From the NCBI GenBank assembly GCA_965208125.1, contig OZ242320.1:3904001-3968000 (forward strand): 64,000 nucleotides of DNA. Direction: 5' to 3'. This DNA comes from Candidatus Latescibacterota bacterium. Lineage in GTDB: Bacteria > Latescibacterota > UBA2968. Positions within the stretch are counted from its first letter, which is position 1. The number at the start of each line of letters is the position of its first letter. Under the pieces are notes generated by a model. It was given only the letters and a program-made list of their open reading frames with translations. It was not told the DNA's origin and made no database searches. Shown here one piece after another: positions 9,805 to 19,305 of this stretch. A program made the translations under genes and the position numbers.

Positions 9805-11020
9805 ACTCGCCATTAACGGTGGAGAAAAGGCCAAAACCGTTCCGTACAATCAACCGAATAAATACACAGATGAAGAGCGCGAATTGTTGCTCGAGGTTCT
9901 CGATTCGGGTAAACTGATGGGGCCGGATGGAAAAGTCGCGGATTTTGAAGCTGAAATTTGTCGCGCATTCGATGTCAAGCACGCGATTATGGTGACATCT
10001 GGCACGGCTGCACTGCAAACAGCCCTTGCCGCGCTCGGAGTTTCTGAAGGCGATGAGGTTATTACCACGCCTATGACGGATTTTGGCACGACTGCGGCGA
10101 TACTCGCGCTGCACGCTATCCCGATTTTTTCTGATATCGATTTGTCAACCCGCTTGCTCGATCCGCAAAGGGTGCGCGAGAAAATTACAGATAAGACCAG
10201 GGTTATTATTACCGTCCACATGGCCGGTATGCCGTGTGAGATGGATGCGTTTCTGGAGATTAGCGAGGAAACAGGGGTTAAAATCCTCGAAGACTGCGCG
10301 CAGGCACACGGCGCGACTTATCGGGGGCGGTTTGTCGGTGCGATTGGACACGCCGCGGGATTTTCCATGAATGAGTCCAAGCAGATTTCCACTGGCGATG
10401 GCGGTTTTGTCACGACCAATGACGATGAAACCGCTGAAATCGCCCGTCTTTTCCGAGATAAAACCTATTTGCGTGGTCAGAAACTCGAACGCGGTGTGCA
10501 ACCTATTCCTTTTTTGGGCACTAATTTGCGTCCGACCTGCTTGCAAGCCGCTGTCGCTATTGCGCAACTCCACAAGCTCGAGTATCTCGTTGCCCGCCGC
10601 GATCAGATTGTTAGGCGATACTATGCCGAACTCGGGGATCTGCCTCATCTCGATTTTCCGAAAATTGCCGATAAAGCCCACCCGTCGTGGTGGCCGCTTG
10701 CCATTCGCTATACGGGTAGCACGCCAACGCGGGATGAACTCGTCGCTATTTTTCGCGCCGAGGGCATTTCCATCAATACGAGCATGTCCGCAGTGAAAAA
10801 TATTTTACGCACGGAAGTCATTCAGAAACGCAAGTACTATCCTTTAACGGACGATATTCCGATATTCTGGCAATATACCGCGTACAATCCCGACGACTGC
10901 CCCAATGTCGATACCCTGCAAGCCACTTGTCTGCGCCTTCCCGTGAATGAACGCTATACGGACGAGGATATTGATCAGACGATTGCGGCGGTGAAGAAGG
11001 TTTGGGCGCATTATTTTTAG
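9797..11020 (+). CDS. DegT/DnrJ/EryC1/StrS family PLP aminotransferase
   Basis: SGTAAL, GDEVI, EDCAQAHGA, FSMNESKQISTGDGG (PLP lysine); start at ATG 9797 (MDELAINGG). Confidence 0.92.
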   Translation: MDELAINGGEKAKTVPYNQPNKYTDEERELLLEVLDSGKLMGPDGKVADFEAEICRAFDVKHAIMVTSGTAALQTALAALGVSEGDEVITTPMTDFGTTAAILALHAIPIFSDIDLSTRLLDPQRVREKITDKTRVIITVHMAGMPCEMDAFLEISEETGVKILEDCAQAHGATYRGRFVGAIGHAAGFSMNESKQISTGDGGFVTTNDDETAEIARLFRDKTYLRGQKLERGVQPIPFLGTNLRPTCLQAAVAIAQLHKLEYLVARRDQIVRRYYAELGDLPHLDFPKIADKAHPSWWPLAIRYTGSTPTRDELVAIFRAEGISINTSMSAVKNILRTEVIQKRKYYPLTDDIPIFWQYTAYNPDDCPNVDTLQATCLRLPVNERYTDEDIDQTIAAVKKVWAHYF

Positions 11021-11038
11021 ATAGCGTTGTTTGTTGTC

Positions 11039-11067
11039 TTGACCGATCATTCAGAAGTGAGTAAATT
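11039..11067 (+). promoter_or_regulatory. Putative sigma70 promoter of amidohydrolase pair
   Basis: TTGACC-17 bp-TAAATT. Confidence 0.4.
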
Positions 11068-11104
11068 GTCCATCGCAAATCTACAATAACTGGTAAAGCT
11101 AACC

Positions 11105-11926
11105 ATGCCTATAGATATTGAATCCGGCATTCGCCGTCCCAAAATTGATATGCACTGCCATGTCTGGCTTATGGATGGGTGGGAGCAGTCCGCTGATCAT
11201 CTCGTCGCTTCGGGTGATATGCTCGGTATTACCGAATACTGGTGTTCCTCCGTTATCCAGCAGGGCATTCTGGCACCTGTTGAGGATGTTCCTCCTCACA
11301 ACAATACTATTTTGAGCGCGATGGCGCGCCATCCCAAACGCATTCGCGGCTGGTGTTTTGTCATTCCCGGTCATTTTCAAGGTGCTATAGACGAAGCAGA
11401 GCGCTGTCTTGATGCGGGCATGATTGGCATTAAGCTCTACAATCAGTACCGCATCGATGATCCGGTTTTGCACCCTGTTCTCGAATTGGCGAGCGAACGC
11501 CGCGTACCCATTCTTCAGCATGCGGGATATCCCGTTCCCGAACACCGCGCAAGCCAGCCGCTCATTTCACACGGTATTCATTTTAGCGAAGCCAGTGAAA
11601 AATATCCCGATGCGATTCTCGTTCACGCCCATATCGGGGGTGGGGGCGATTGGGAACACACTGTGCGCGAAATGCGCCAGGCGTCTCCCAATGTTTATGT
11701 CGATGTGTCGGGTAGCAACCTGGACGATGGACAGGTCGAATACGCGGTTTCAGAACTCGGTGTCGAGCGCGTGCTTTTTGGCACCGATGGCACGATGGCT
11801 GGCTCAGTGGGCAAAGTTCTCGATGCAGATCTTACAGAGGACGAACGCGAACACATTTTTTGGACCAATGCCGAGCGCATTCTCGCGCAACAGGGGGCTA
11901 CGCCTACAGAACCTCGTAACAATTAA
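11105..11926 (+). CDS. Amidohydrolase_2 family metal-dependent hydrolase
   Basis: IDMHCH, GIKL, LQHAG, AHIGGG, LFGTD motifs. Confidence 0.88.
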   Translation: MPIDIESGIRRPKIDMHCHVWLMDGWEQSADHLVASGDMLGITEYWCSSVIQQGILAPVEDVPPHNNTILSAMARHPKRIRGWCFVIPGHFQGAIDEAERCLDAGMIGIKLYNQYRIDDPVLHPVLELASERRVPILQHAGYPVPEHRASQPLISHGIHFSEASEKYPDAILVHAHIGGGGDWEHTVREMRQASPNVYVDVSGSNLDDGQVEYAVSELGVERVLFGTDGTMAGSVGKVLDADLTEDEREHIFWTNAERILAQQGATPTEPRNN

Positions 11927-11942
11927 AGGAAGAAAACATCAA

Positions 11943-12740
11943 ATGCTTATAGATGTAAATGCCTGGCTCGGCACATGGCCTTTTCGTTCTCTGCGAGACA
12001 ATACACCCGATGCGCTTATCAAACGCCTCGACCGCTCGGGCATTGACAAAGCCGTTGTCTCTTATATCGAAGCCGCATTTCACAGGCATCCGCAATCGGC
12101 GAATGAACGGCTCGTCCGCGATGTTGAATCACATGGCGATCGCCTTATTCCAGTGGGTACTATTAATCCTCTGTCGCCGCATTGGGAGGATGATCTGACG
12201 TCCTGTATTAATCTCGGTATGAAGGGGATTCGCCTTTTTCCTCAATATCACAATTACCAGACCGATGGTGCTGAAAGCCGAAGCGTCGTTCAAGCCTGCG
12301 CTCAGTGCAATCTTCCGGTTTTTATTCCGCACAGACTCGAAGATGTTCGCCAACATCACTGGATGGACCCGGGCCAGAGTGTTGACCTGGCACAACTCGC
12401 CAATTTGATTGAGGCTGTACCCGATGCCGCGATTATTATACCGAATGCCCGTCCGCTCGCGCGGTCGCCGCTCTGGATGCGAGAGGATCTGCGCGATTTG
12501 AACTGGTACGTCGATCTTTCGCTGGCAGAAATTCACTATGGTCTGCACAAAAGTACCAATGCGATGAAGGATTTGGGATATTTGATTGAGGAAGGCGGTG
12601 CGAATCATATTCTCTTTGGCACGCATTTGCCCATTTCCTATGCTGGTCCGGCTCTTGTCAAACTCGCTATTCTGCCCGTCGATGAAGAGACGCTCGAAGA
12701 TATCAAATACCGTAAAGCTGCTAAACTTCTGAATCTTTAG
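11943..12740 (+). CDS. Amidohydrolase-fold protein with degenerate metal ligands
   Basis: MLIDVNAWLG (HxH replaced), GIRLFPQYH, LFGTHLP; true start ATG 11943, upstream ORF extension overlaps previous gene. Confidence 0.82.
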   Translation: MLIDVNAWLGTWPFRSLRDNTPDALIKRLDRSGIDKAVVSYIEAAFHRHPQSANERLVRDVESHGDRLIPVGTINPLSPHWEDDLTSCINLGMKGIRLFPQYHNYQTDGAESRSVVQACAQCNLPVFIPHRLEDVRQHHWMDPGQSVDLAQLANLIEAVPDAAIIIPNARPLARSPLWMREDLRDLNWYVDLSLAEIHYGLHKSTNAMKDLGYLIEEGGANHILFGTHLPISYAGPALVKLAILPVDEETLEDIKYRKAAKLLNL

Positions 12741-12766
12741 ATTGTACCATCAAAATAGTGCAAACA

Positions 12767-12803
12767 AAATGCCCCTGTTTCTGCGAATGAAACAGGGGCA
12801 TTT
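12767..12803. terminator. Bidirectional intrinsic terminator between convergent genes
   Basis: AAATGCCCCTGTTTC-tgcgaat-GAAACAGGGGCATTT perfect 15-bp stem. Confidence 0.85.
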
Positions 12804-12826
12804 GAGTAAGTATCAAGGAGATTTAA

Positions 12827-14437
12827 TCACACTTCTCGACACGGCTTTCGCACGATGACGAGGTTGAGGGTGGGATCCTGAAGGGCGTCTCGGAAGACGC
12901 TACGCATATGGTCGTCGGTGTCTTGTTCCTGTACTTCGCGGACTCGCGACGCACCGCAGGCAAGGGCGAGGTCGCGCATGGTGACTTGCGGTCCGGCTTC
13001 GCCGTTTATTTCAACGCCCTGATCGGGAGTGGTTTGTCCGCCAGTGGTAAGCGAGCCTCCATTGTCGAGTACCATAACAATGGGTGTCGCACCTGTGGCG
13101 CGTGCATGGACGAGGGCATTGATGCCGCCGTGATAAAAGGCGGAGTCGCCACATATCGCAATGGTGCGTTCGGCAATGTCCGTTTTGCTCAGGCCACAGG
13201 CCACGCCAATGGCGGATCCCATCGAAAGTTTGGTGTCGAGCATAGGAGCGGCCATTACCACGCATCCCGGATCGGCAGATATAAAGGGGTTTTGACCGAG
13301 GGCATTGGCTTCTTCGCGCAGTGCAGTAAGGATTTCCGTGAAGGGGCAGCCAGCGCAGTGGTTTTTGCGAAAGGGTTTTTCGCTTTCCCAATTTTCTTCG
13401 GTGTAGCGCGTGGTTGGCGAGAAATCGGGGAGATAGTCGTCGAGTGCGTTTTGTATGTGCCAGCGGAAGAGTTCGCCCACGCTGGTGAGATGTCCCGTGC
13501 GTTTGCCAAGGATTGGCGGGGTAAAACCGGTGTCGTAACCAATGGCTTTAATGGCGTCTTCAACATAGGGATCGACTTCTTCAACGACGAGTACTTCGCT
13601 ACACTTTCCGAGAAAGTCCGCGATGAGTTTTTGCGGGAGGGGATACAGGGCACTGAGTTTGAGGATGGAGAGGTCAGATGTGTCGGCTCCGTCGAGTGCG
13701 TCGAGGAGTTTGGCGTGTACCATGCCACAGGCGATGATGCCTTTTTTTCCATCGCCATCTATGCTATTGAAGGGCAGGTCGCTAAATTGTGCGGTGGCGC
13801 GTGCGACTTTTTCGTGTAATTCTGCGTGGTTGCCTTCGGTTGTGCGAAGTGCCGATATCCAGCTCATTGGCTCGCGGTCGGGTTCACGGGTGGGGTGTTG
13901 CGCTGCGGGGCGAAAGTCGGAAAGAGCCTGCGTGCTGACGCTGTAACTTCTGGTCAGGCGCAATATCACGATGGATTGCAGGCTTTCTGAGTAGTCGAAA
14001 GCCCATTTTATCATGTCGCGGCCTTCCCCAGGCGTGGCGGGTTCGAGCATTGGAAGTTCGGCCAGGGGACCAAGGGTGCGTGTATCTTGTTCGTTTTGCG
14101 ATCCCCATGCGCCGGGGTCATCGCCCATGACAATGACGAGTCCGGCGTGTACACCGGTCATGTTGAGCACCATCAGGGTATCGAGTGCGACGTTCATGCC
14201 CACGCTTTTGAGGCATACGAGCGCGCGCTTGCCGCCCTGTGATACACCGGCAGCCATATCCAGGGCAATGCGTTCATTGATACACCATTCGGCATGGTGT
14301 CCGTGGTCTTTGGCCATTTCGGCCATGGCGTTAAATGTGTTTGTGCCGGGTGAGCCGGGATACCCGGTTACAACGCCGACGCCCGCTTCTACTGCACCCC
14401 AGGCCAGGGCGCGTTCTCCATCAATGGTTTGGGTCAT
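12827..14437 (-). CDS. iorA: Indolepyruvate:ferredoxin oxidoreductase alpha-subunit-like TPP enzyme
   Basis: GYPGSP, INERIAL, KSVGMNVA.D, DDPG..SQNEQD, CAGCP, D.GC, GDSAFYHGG..N TPP motif; start ATG 14437 with AGGAG RBS. Confidence 0.85.
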   Translation of the reverse strand: MTQTIDGERALAWGAVEAGVGVVTGYPGSPGTNTFNAMAEMAKDHGHHAEWCINERIALDMAAGVSQGGKRALVCLKSVGMNVALDTLMVLNMTGVHAGLVIVMGDDPGAWGSQNEQDTRTLGPLAELPMLEPATPGEGRDMIKWAFDYSESLQSIVILRLTRSYSVSTQALSDFRPAAQHPTREPDREPMSWISALRTTEGNHAELHEKVARATAQFSDLPFNSIDGDGKKGIIACGMVHAKLLDALDGADTSDLSILKLSALYPLPQKLIADFLGKCSEVLVVEEVDPYVEDAIKAIGYDTGFTPPILGKRTGHLTSVGELFRWHIQNALDDYLPDFSPTTRYTEENWESEKPFRKNHCAGCPFTEILTALREEANALGQNPFISADPGCVVMAAPMLDTKLSMGSAIGVACGLSKTDIAERTIAICGDSAFYHGGINALVHARATGATPIVMVLDNGGSLTTGGQTTPDQGVEINGEAGPQVTMRDLALACGASRVREVQEQDTDDHMRSVFRDALQDPTLNLVIVRKPCREV

Positions 14438-14542
14438 TTTTGTACTCCTGAATGAAAAATCGGGTGATAACATTGGAAATATTAAAGTATGTGTAGGTGT
14501 ATTTGTCAAGTAGAGAAGGGGTTGTACGGCGATGGGATAAAA

Positions 14543-15913
14543 TCAAATAAATCCAATTATACGCCAGTATAACAGGGTCAGCGGTAGCAGTGCGATGAGC
14601 GTTACCAGAGAAATTAGCGACATTACGAGTGCGAATTGGCCCATTCGAGCATAGCGAAAGCTGTATGCGACAATAAATGGCGCGCCCTGATAGGGAATGA
14701 AAACCACGCCTGTGCCGATTGCCAGACTGAGGGCGATGGGTAGGGGCGACAGGCCGAGTTGTGGACCGAGGTCGAGTAGAAAGGGGGCGAGCACGCCGCC
14801 AACCGCAGCGGTGTCCATTAAAAAATCAAATGGCACGGCCAAATACGCTATGATGGCGAGTTGGGCAATGGGGGTTTCGACTGTTTGGAGATGGTGGATG
14901 AATACGGATGCGAGGGCGCGGTTGAGGCCAGATTGTTCGAGGGCGTGACCAATGGCAAAAACCGCGGAGATAAATATGAGAAGGGGAAAATTGACTTTTT
15001 TGATGGTGTCAAAGGGCAGGGGACCCCAGCCGGGCAGGTAGCAGAGGAGGACGAGGCCCAGGCCGATATAGACCGGGTGAATGCCGTGTATAATATCGGT
15101 CGTCCACAGGAGAACACCTGCGATGAGAATGCCGAGTATTTTTTTTTCGGGACCGGTCATGTGTGTGGGAACATCGGCGATAGTGGAATGGCCCGAGAGA
15201 TCGGGTTCCCGCGAGGGGCGAAATAGCAAGCGGATAAGGCCGTAGAGCAGGCCAACGCGCAGTAGGCCAATGATGGGAAAGAGATAATAGGCCCATTCGC
15301 TCCAGTAGATTGTGATATTGCGCGATTCCAAAACGCCGAGAATGACCAGGTTGGGTACGCCGGCCGTCAGGATGCCCGTGCCGCTGTAATACGTGGCGCA
15401 GGTCAGCGAGAGAACGAGGGCAGCACTGACTTTTGAGTTGGGGGCTTCGCCGAGGGTTTTGAGCAGAGAGACGACCATTGGCATCAAGATGAGGACGCGC
15501 ACGACGCCAGAGGGGATCAGCAGTGCCATTGTTAGGCCCAGGATGTGCAGGCCAAAGACGAGTTGCCGATACCCACTCAGGCGACCGAGTACGCTTTGGG
15601 CCATTCGCGCCCCCAGCGGTGTTTCGGTAATGCCCAGGCTCAATGCCATTCCGGCAAAGACGAGCCAGACGGCTTTGCCGGAGAAGCCCTGAAATGTGGT
15701 TTCAAAAGAGAGAATTTTGAGAAGTGGAAAGAGTGTGAGGATGAAGATGGCGGTGTAGGAAATGGGGATGGGTTCAAAGGTCCAGAAAATAACGGTGAGC
15801 GCGGTGAGTGCGAGCGCCATGCGGGCAGATATGCCGAGGTCACTGGGAAAGATGAAAATAAATAGTGCCAGCGCGGGACCGAGGATAAGGCCAATGATTT
15901 GAGATCGGGTCAT
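14543..15913 (-). CDS. SLC13/DASS family anion symporter
   Basis: FWTFEPIP, LIPSG..R, TAGVPN, about 12 TM helices. Confidence 0.82.
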   Translation of the reverse strand: MTRSQIIGLILGPALALFIFIFPSDLGISARMALALTALTVIFWTFEPIPISYTAIFILTLFPLLKILSFETTFQGFSGKAVWLVFAGMALSLGITETPLGARMAQSVLGRLSGYRQLVFGLHILGLTMALLIPSGVVRVLILMPMVVSLLKTLGEAPNSKVSAALVLSLTCATYYSGTGILTAGVPNLVILGVLESRNITIYWSEWAYYLFPIIGLLRVGLLYGLIRLLFRPSREPDLSGHSTIADVPTHMTGPEKKILGILIAGVLLWTTDIIHGIHPVYIGLGLVLLCYLPGWGPLPFDTIKKVNFPLLIFISAVFAIGHALEQSGLNRALASVFIHHLQTVETPIAQLAIIAYLAVPFDFLMDTAAVGGVLAPFLLDLGPQLGLSPLPIALSLAIGTGVVFIPYQGAPFIVAYSFRYARMGQFALVMSLISLVTLIALLPLTLLYWRIIGFI

Positions 15914-15919
15914 AGGATT

Positions 15920-15943
15920 AGCGGTCAGCGGTCAGCTTTCAGC
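15920..15943. repeat. Short heptamer tandem repeat
   Basis: AGCGGTC-AGCGGTC-AGCTTTC-AGC. Confidence 0.6.
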
Positions 15944-16125
15944 CCTCTCCCATCCACCCCAAAGGCGATCAATCTGTTTTATTGTTGGGATTGGATTGGG
16001 CGATGAAACAACTAACAACATAATAGCGCAGTGAAGGAGAGACAAATGAATTGTGGGCAGATGGATTCGCTATTGATTAAGTACAAGAAATCGCGTAGTT
16101 TAGCGCGGAGAAAGGAGATAAGACT

Positions 16126-17295
16126 ATGAATTTTAGAGGCAAATTGGTTGATACGTCGCAGGTTGTGACCGTGCAAACAGATGGCGAGCAGATCGCTGCT
16201 ATTCATCGCGGGGTGGAGGGTGATGCGATTGGTGGAGATGATGTGTGGATTGCACCGGCGATTTTTGATGTGCAGGTCAATGGTGTGGGTGGGATCAACT
16301 ATAAAGCTAAAGATTTGACGGTGGAGAAAATTGTGGAGACAGCGGGGTGGATGCACAGGACTGGTACGGGTTTGTGGTGTCCAACGGTGACGACTTCATC
16401 TGAGGAAGATGCGGTTCACGGTCTGGAACTGTTGGCAAAGGCGTGTGAAGAATCAGAAGTCGCGCGCGCGTCTTTTGTCGGGTTTCACGTTGAGGGGCCT
16501 TATATCGCGTCTGAAGATGGTCCCCGCGGGGCGCATCCCCTGGCGCATGTGCGCGATCCGGATTGGGATGAATTTCAGCGGTATCAAGAAGCGGCTGGTG
16601 GGCGTATTGCGATTTTTACGCTTGCGCCCGAGCGAGACGGCGCATTGGAATTTATTGAGAAGGTGGCTGCAACAGGTGTTATTGTTTCAATTGGTCATTC
16701 GGGTGCGAGTCCCGAGCGCATCCAGGCGGCGGTTGCCGCCGGTGCCCAAATGTCAACCCATCTGGGCAATGGCGCGCATGCCGAGTTGCCGCGCCATCCC
16801 AATTATATATGGGAACAACTCGCGGCAGATGCGTTGTGGGCAGGGATTATTCCCGATGGATTTCATCTGCCGCCTGCGGTGTTGAAGAGTTTTTATCGCG
16901 CAAAAGGCAAAGAACGCCTGTGTTTGGTGAGCGATGTGGCATCTATCGCTGGTCTGCCGCCGGGTATTTACGGCAGCGAGAGCGGGTTGGGACAGAGCGA
17001 GTTACACGCCAATGGCAAAATTTCTCTGGCGGGAACGCCTTATCTGGCGGGTGCGGGTTTGTTTTTGGATAGTGGCATTCCCAATGCCGTGCGGTTTACA
17101 GACGCTTCGCTGTCCGATGCCATTGAAATGACATCGATCAATCCGGCGCGTTTGTTGGGGATAGAAGAGCGCGTGGGGTCTGTGGAAGCCGGCAAAGAGG
17201 CGAGTCTGTCTCTGTTCCGCTGGGAAGAGGGACAGGAGAAATTGGACGTGGTGGCAACGGTGGTGCGCGGGCGGATTGTTTATCAGGCTGCATAA
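16126..17295 (+). CDS. nagA: N-acetylglucosamine-6-phosphate deacetylase family
   Basis: DVQVNG, HVEGPYI, GAH, TLAPE, GHS, THLGNG, DGFH, LAG, NPARLLG. Confidence 0.85.
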   Translation: MNFRGKLVDTSQVVTVQTDGEQIAAIHRGVEGDAIGGDDVWIAPAIFDVQVNGVGGINYKAKDLTVEKIVETAGWMHRTGTGLWCPTVTTSSEEDAVHGLELLAKACEESEVARASFVGFHVEGPYIASEDGPRGAHPLAHVRDPDWDEFQRYQEAAGGRIAIFTLAPERDGALEFIEKVAATGVIVSIGHSGASPERIQAAVAAGAQMSTHLGNGAHAELPRHPNYIWEQLAADALWAGIIPDGFHLPPAVLKSFYRAKGKERLCLVSDVASIAGLPPGIYGSESGLGQSELHANGKISLAGTPYLAGAGLFLDSGIPNAVRFTDASLSDAIEMTSINPARLLGIEERVGSVEAGKEASLSLFRWEEGQEKLDVVATVVRGRIVYQAA

Positions 17296-17306
17296 AGGAA
17301 TGCGAT

Positions 17307-18155
17307 ATGGCGAAGAAAAAGGTTGTTCTAACAGGTGCATCGGGCTATGTGGCAGGGCGGATGTTGCCGGCATTGCGCGAGAGGTACGATCTGACATTGC
17401 TGGATGTGAAGACGACCAACCGCGAGAGTGAAGAGGTTGAAGGCGTGCAAGTTGTGGATTTGGAAAATCCGGATCGGGATGCGTATCGCGCCCATTTTCA
17501 AGGTGCCGATGCCGTGGTACACAGTGGGTTTAAGGGGACCGTAGATTGGCAACACACGGATTATTGGAAAGAGTCCGATAATATTCGGATGTGCTACAAT
17601 GTGTACCAAACGTGTGTCGAAGAAGGTGTGAAACGCATTGTGGTGATGAGTTCAAATCACGCATGCGATTTTTACGAGCGGTTGATCTGGGCTGACCGAT
17701 TGGATTTTGCCACGACTGATATGCTGCCTTTGTCTGATAATTTTTACGGTTGGGCAAAGTCGTCGTACGAACATCTGGCTTTTGTGTTTGCAACGGGTAA
17801 TGCGACCAATGGCAAGCGGTTGGAGAGTGTTCACATCCGCATTGGCGCGCCCCGAGATACCATTATGGAAGGGCAGTCGGCAGATGATTTGAAGCAGTTG
17901 CACCGGGAATTGGGCGCGTATTTGAGTGCGCGGGATTTGTCGCAATTGGTGATTAAGAGTATTGAGGCAGAGAATATTGAGGATGAAAATGGGGTGCCGT
18001 TTCAGGTGTTTTTTGGCATTAGTGGGAATACGCACCGGTTCTGGAATATCGACAATGCAAGACGCGTTGTGGGATACGCGCCAGAGGATGATAGTCAGAT
18101 TCGATTTGCGGGGAATATTGCAGATATTATTCGAGAAGCGCAGAAAAAGCAATAA
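17307..18155 (+). CDS. NAD-dependent epimerase/dehydratase (uronate dehydrogenase-like)
   Basis: TGASGYVA, SSNHA, YGWAK, RIG, LS.RDL, SGN...W..D.A....GY.P.D. Confidence 0.8.
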   Translation: MAKKKVVLTGASGYVAGRMLPALRERYDLTLLDVKTTNRESEEVEGVQVVDLENPDRDAYRAHFQGADAVVHSGFKGTVDWQHTDYWKESDNIRMCYNVYQTCVEEGVKRIVVMSSNHACDFYERLIWADRLDFATTDMLPLSDNFYGWAKSSYEHLAFVFATGNATNGKRLESVHIRIGAPRDTIMEGQSADDLKQLHRELGAYLSARDLSQLVIKSIEAENIEDENGVPFQVFFGISGNTHRFWNIDNARRVVGYAPEDDSQIRFAGNIADIIREAQKKQ

Positions 18156-18161
18156 CGGGTT

Positions 18162-19292
18162 TTGAATATGAAAATTACGGGGTTTGAGACGATTCCCATT
18201 CGGGGTCGGGCGATGATTTTGAAGATGTTTACGGATGAGGGATTGGTGGGGTATGGCGAGCCGATGAATTACGAGCATTGGCGCGTGGTGGCGCAGGCTG
18301 TAGAGGATATGGCCGAGTACCTGGTGGGCAAAGATCCGCTGAATATCGAAGATCACTGGCAGGCGATGTATCGCTCGAGTTATAGCCGGAGTATGCCGGT
18401 GTTGGTCGGTGCGCTGAGTGGGATTGAGATGGCGATGTGGGATGTGTTTGGCAAAATGGTTGGGTTGCCGGTTTGGAAACTTTTGGGTGGGAAAGTTCGC
18501 GATCGCATTCGCGTGTACACAGGTACGGGCGGGACGACGCCAGAAGAATGTGCGGAGAATGCGAGCCAGAAGGTGGCAGAGGGCTTTCGCGCTGTGAAGA
18601 TGGGAGCTTCACCGAGTCCTGTGAGATTTGTCGATACGCCAGAGAAAATAGATTTTATGGTTTCTCGCGTTGCTGCTGTGCGCGAAGCTGTGGGCTATTC
18701 GGTCGATATTGCGGTGGATTTGCATCGGCGGTTGAGTCCGACGATGGCTGCGATTCTGGTGAAGGAGTTGGAGCCGCTGCGTCCTCTGTTCGCAGAGGAG
18801 CCGTGTCATCCGGAAAATAACGAGGCGTTATTGGCGCTGTCCCGGGGTACAACTGTGCCCATTGCCACGGGTGAACGGCATTTGACGCGCTGGGGATTTC
18901 GCGAGCTCATCGAGCGAGAGATGTGCGCGATTTTGCAACCGGATATTCGCCATTGTGGGGGTATGTTGGAATTGAAAAAGATTGCGGGGATGGCAGAGAT
19001 TCACAATATGGCGATTGCACCGCATAACGCGGCAGGGCCTGTGGGGGTGGCAGCGTCGGTGCATGTGATGGCAACGATTCCAAATCTGTTGATTTGCGAG
19101 GGGGGGCATAACCGTGGAGAGGGCTTGTTTAAGACGCCTCTAATTTTTCGAGATGGTTTTATTGAATTGCCAACCGAGCCGGGTTTGGGTGTGGATATGG
19201 ACGATGATACGCTCGAGGCATTGCGCGATGAATCTTATCGCCTGCGCGGGATGTTCTGGCATGAAGATGACGGTTCTTTTGCGGATTATTGA
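18162..19292 (+). CDS. Mandelate racemase/enolase-superfamily sugar-acid dehydratase (DgoD-like)
   Basis: TDEG..G.GE, SGIEMAMWD..GK, VDLH, EEP, TGER, QPD..HCGG, PHN. Confidence 0.87.
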   Translation: MNMKITGFETIPIRGRAMILKMFTDEGLVGYGEPMNYEHWRVVAQAVEDMAEYLVGKDPLNIEDHWQAMYRSSYSRSMPVLVGALSGIEMAMWDVFGKMVGLPVWKLLGGKVRDRIRVYTGTGGTTPEECAENASQKVAEGFRAVKMGASPSPVRFVDTPEKIDFMVSRVAAVREAVGYSVDIAVDLHRRLSPTMAAILVKELEPLRPLFAEEPCHPENNEALLALSRGTTVPIATGERHLTRWGFRELIEREMCAILQPDIRHCGGMLELKKIAGMAEIHNMAIAPHNAAGPVGVAASVHVMATIPNLLICEGGHNRGEGLFKTPLIFRDGFIELPTEPGLGVDMDDDTLEALRDESYRLRGMFWHEDDGSFADY

Positions 19293-19305
19293 GAAAAAGC
19301 GTTTG

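Noticed and set aside
11424-11942. Long N-terminal extension or frameshift fusion of the second amidohydrolase
   Set aside because: Alternative frame over the first amidohydrolase; the second gene has its own RBS and ATG at 11943
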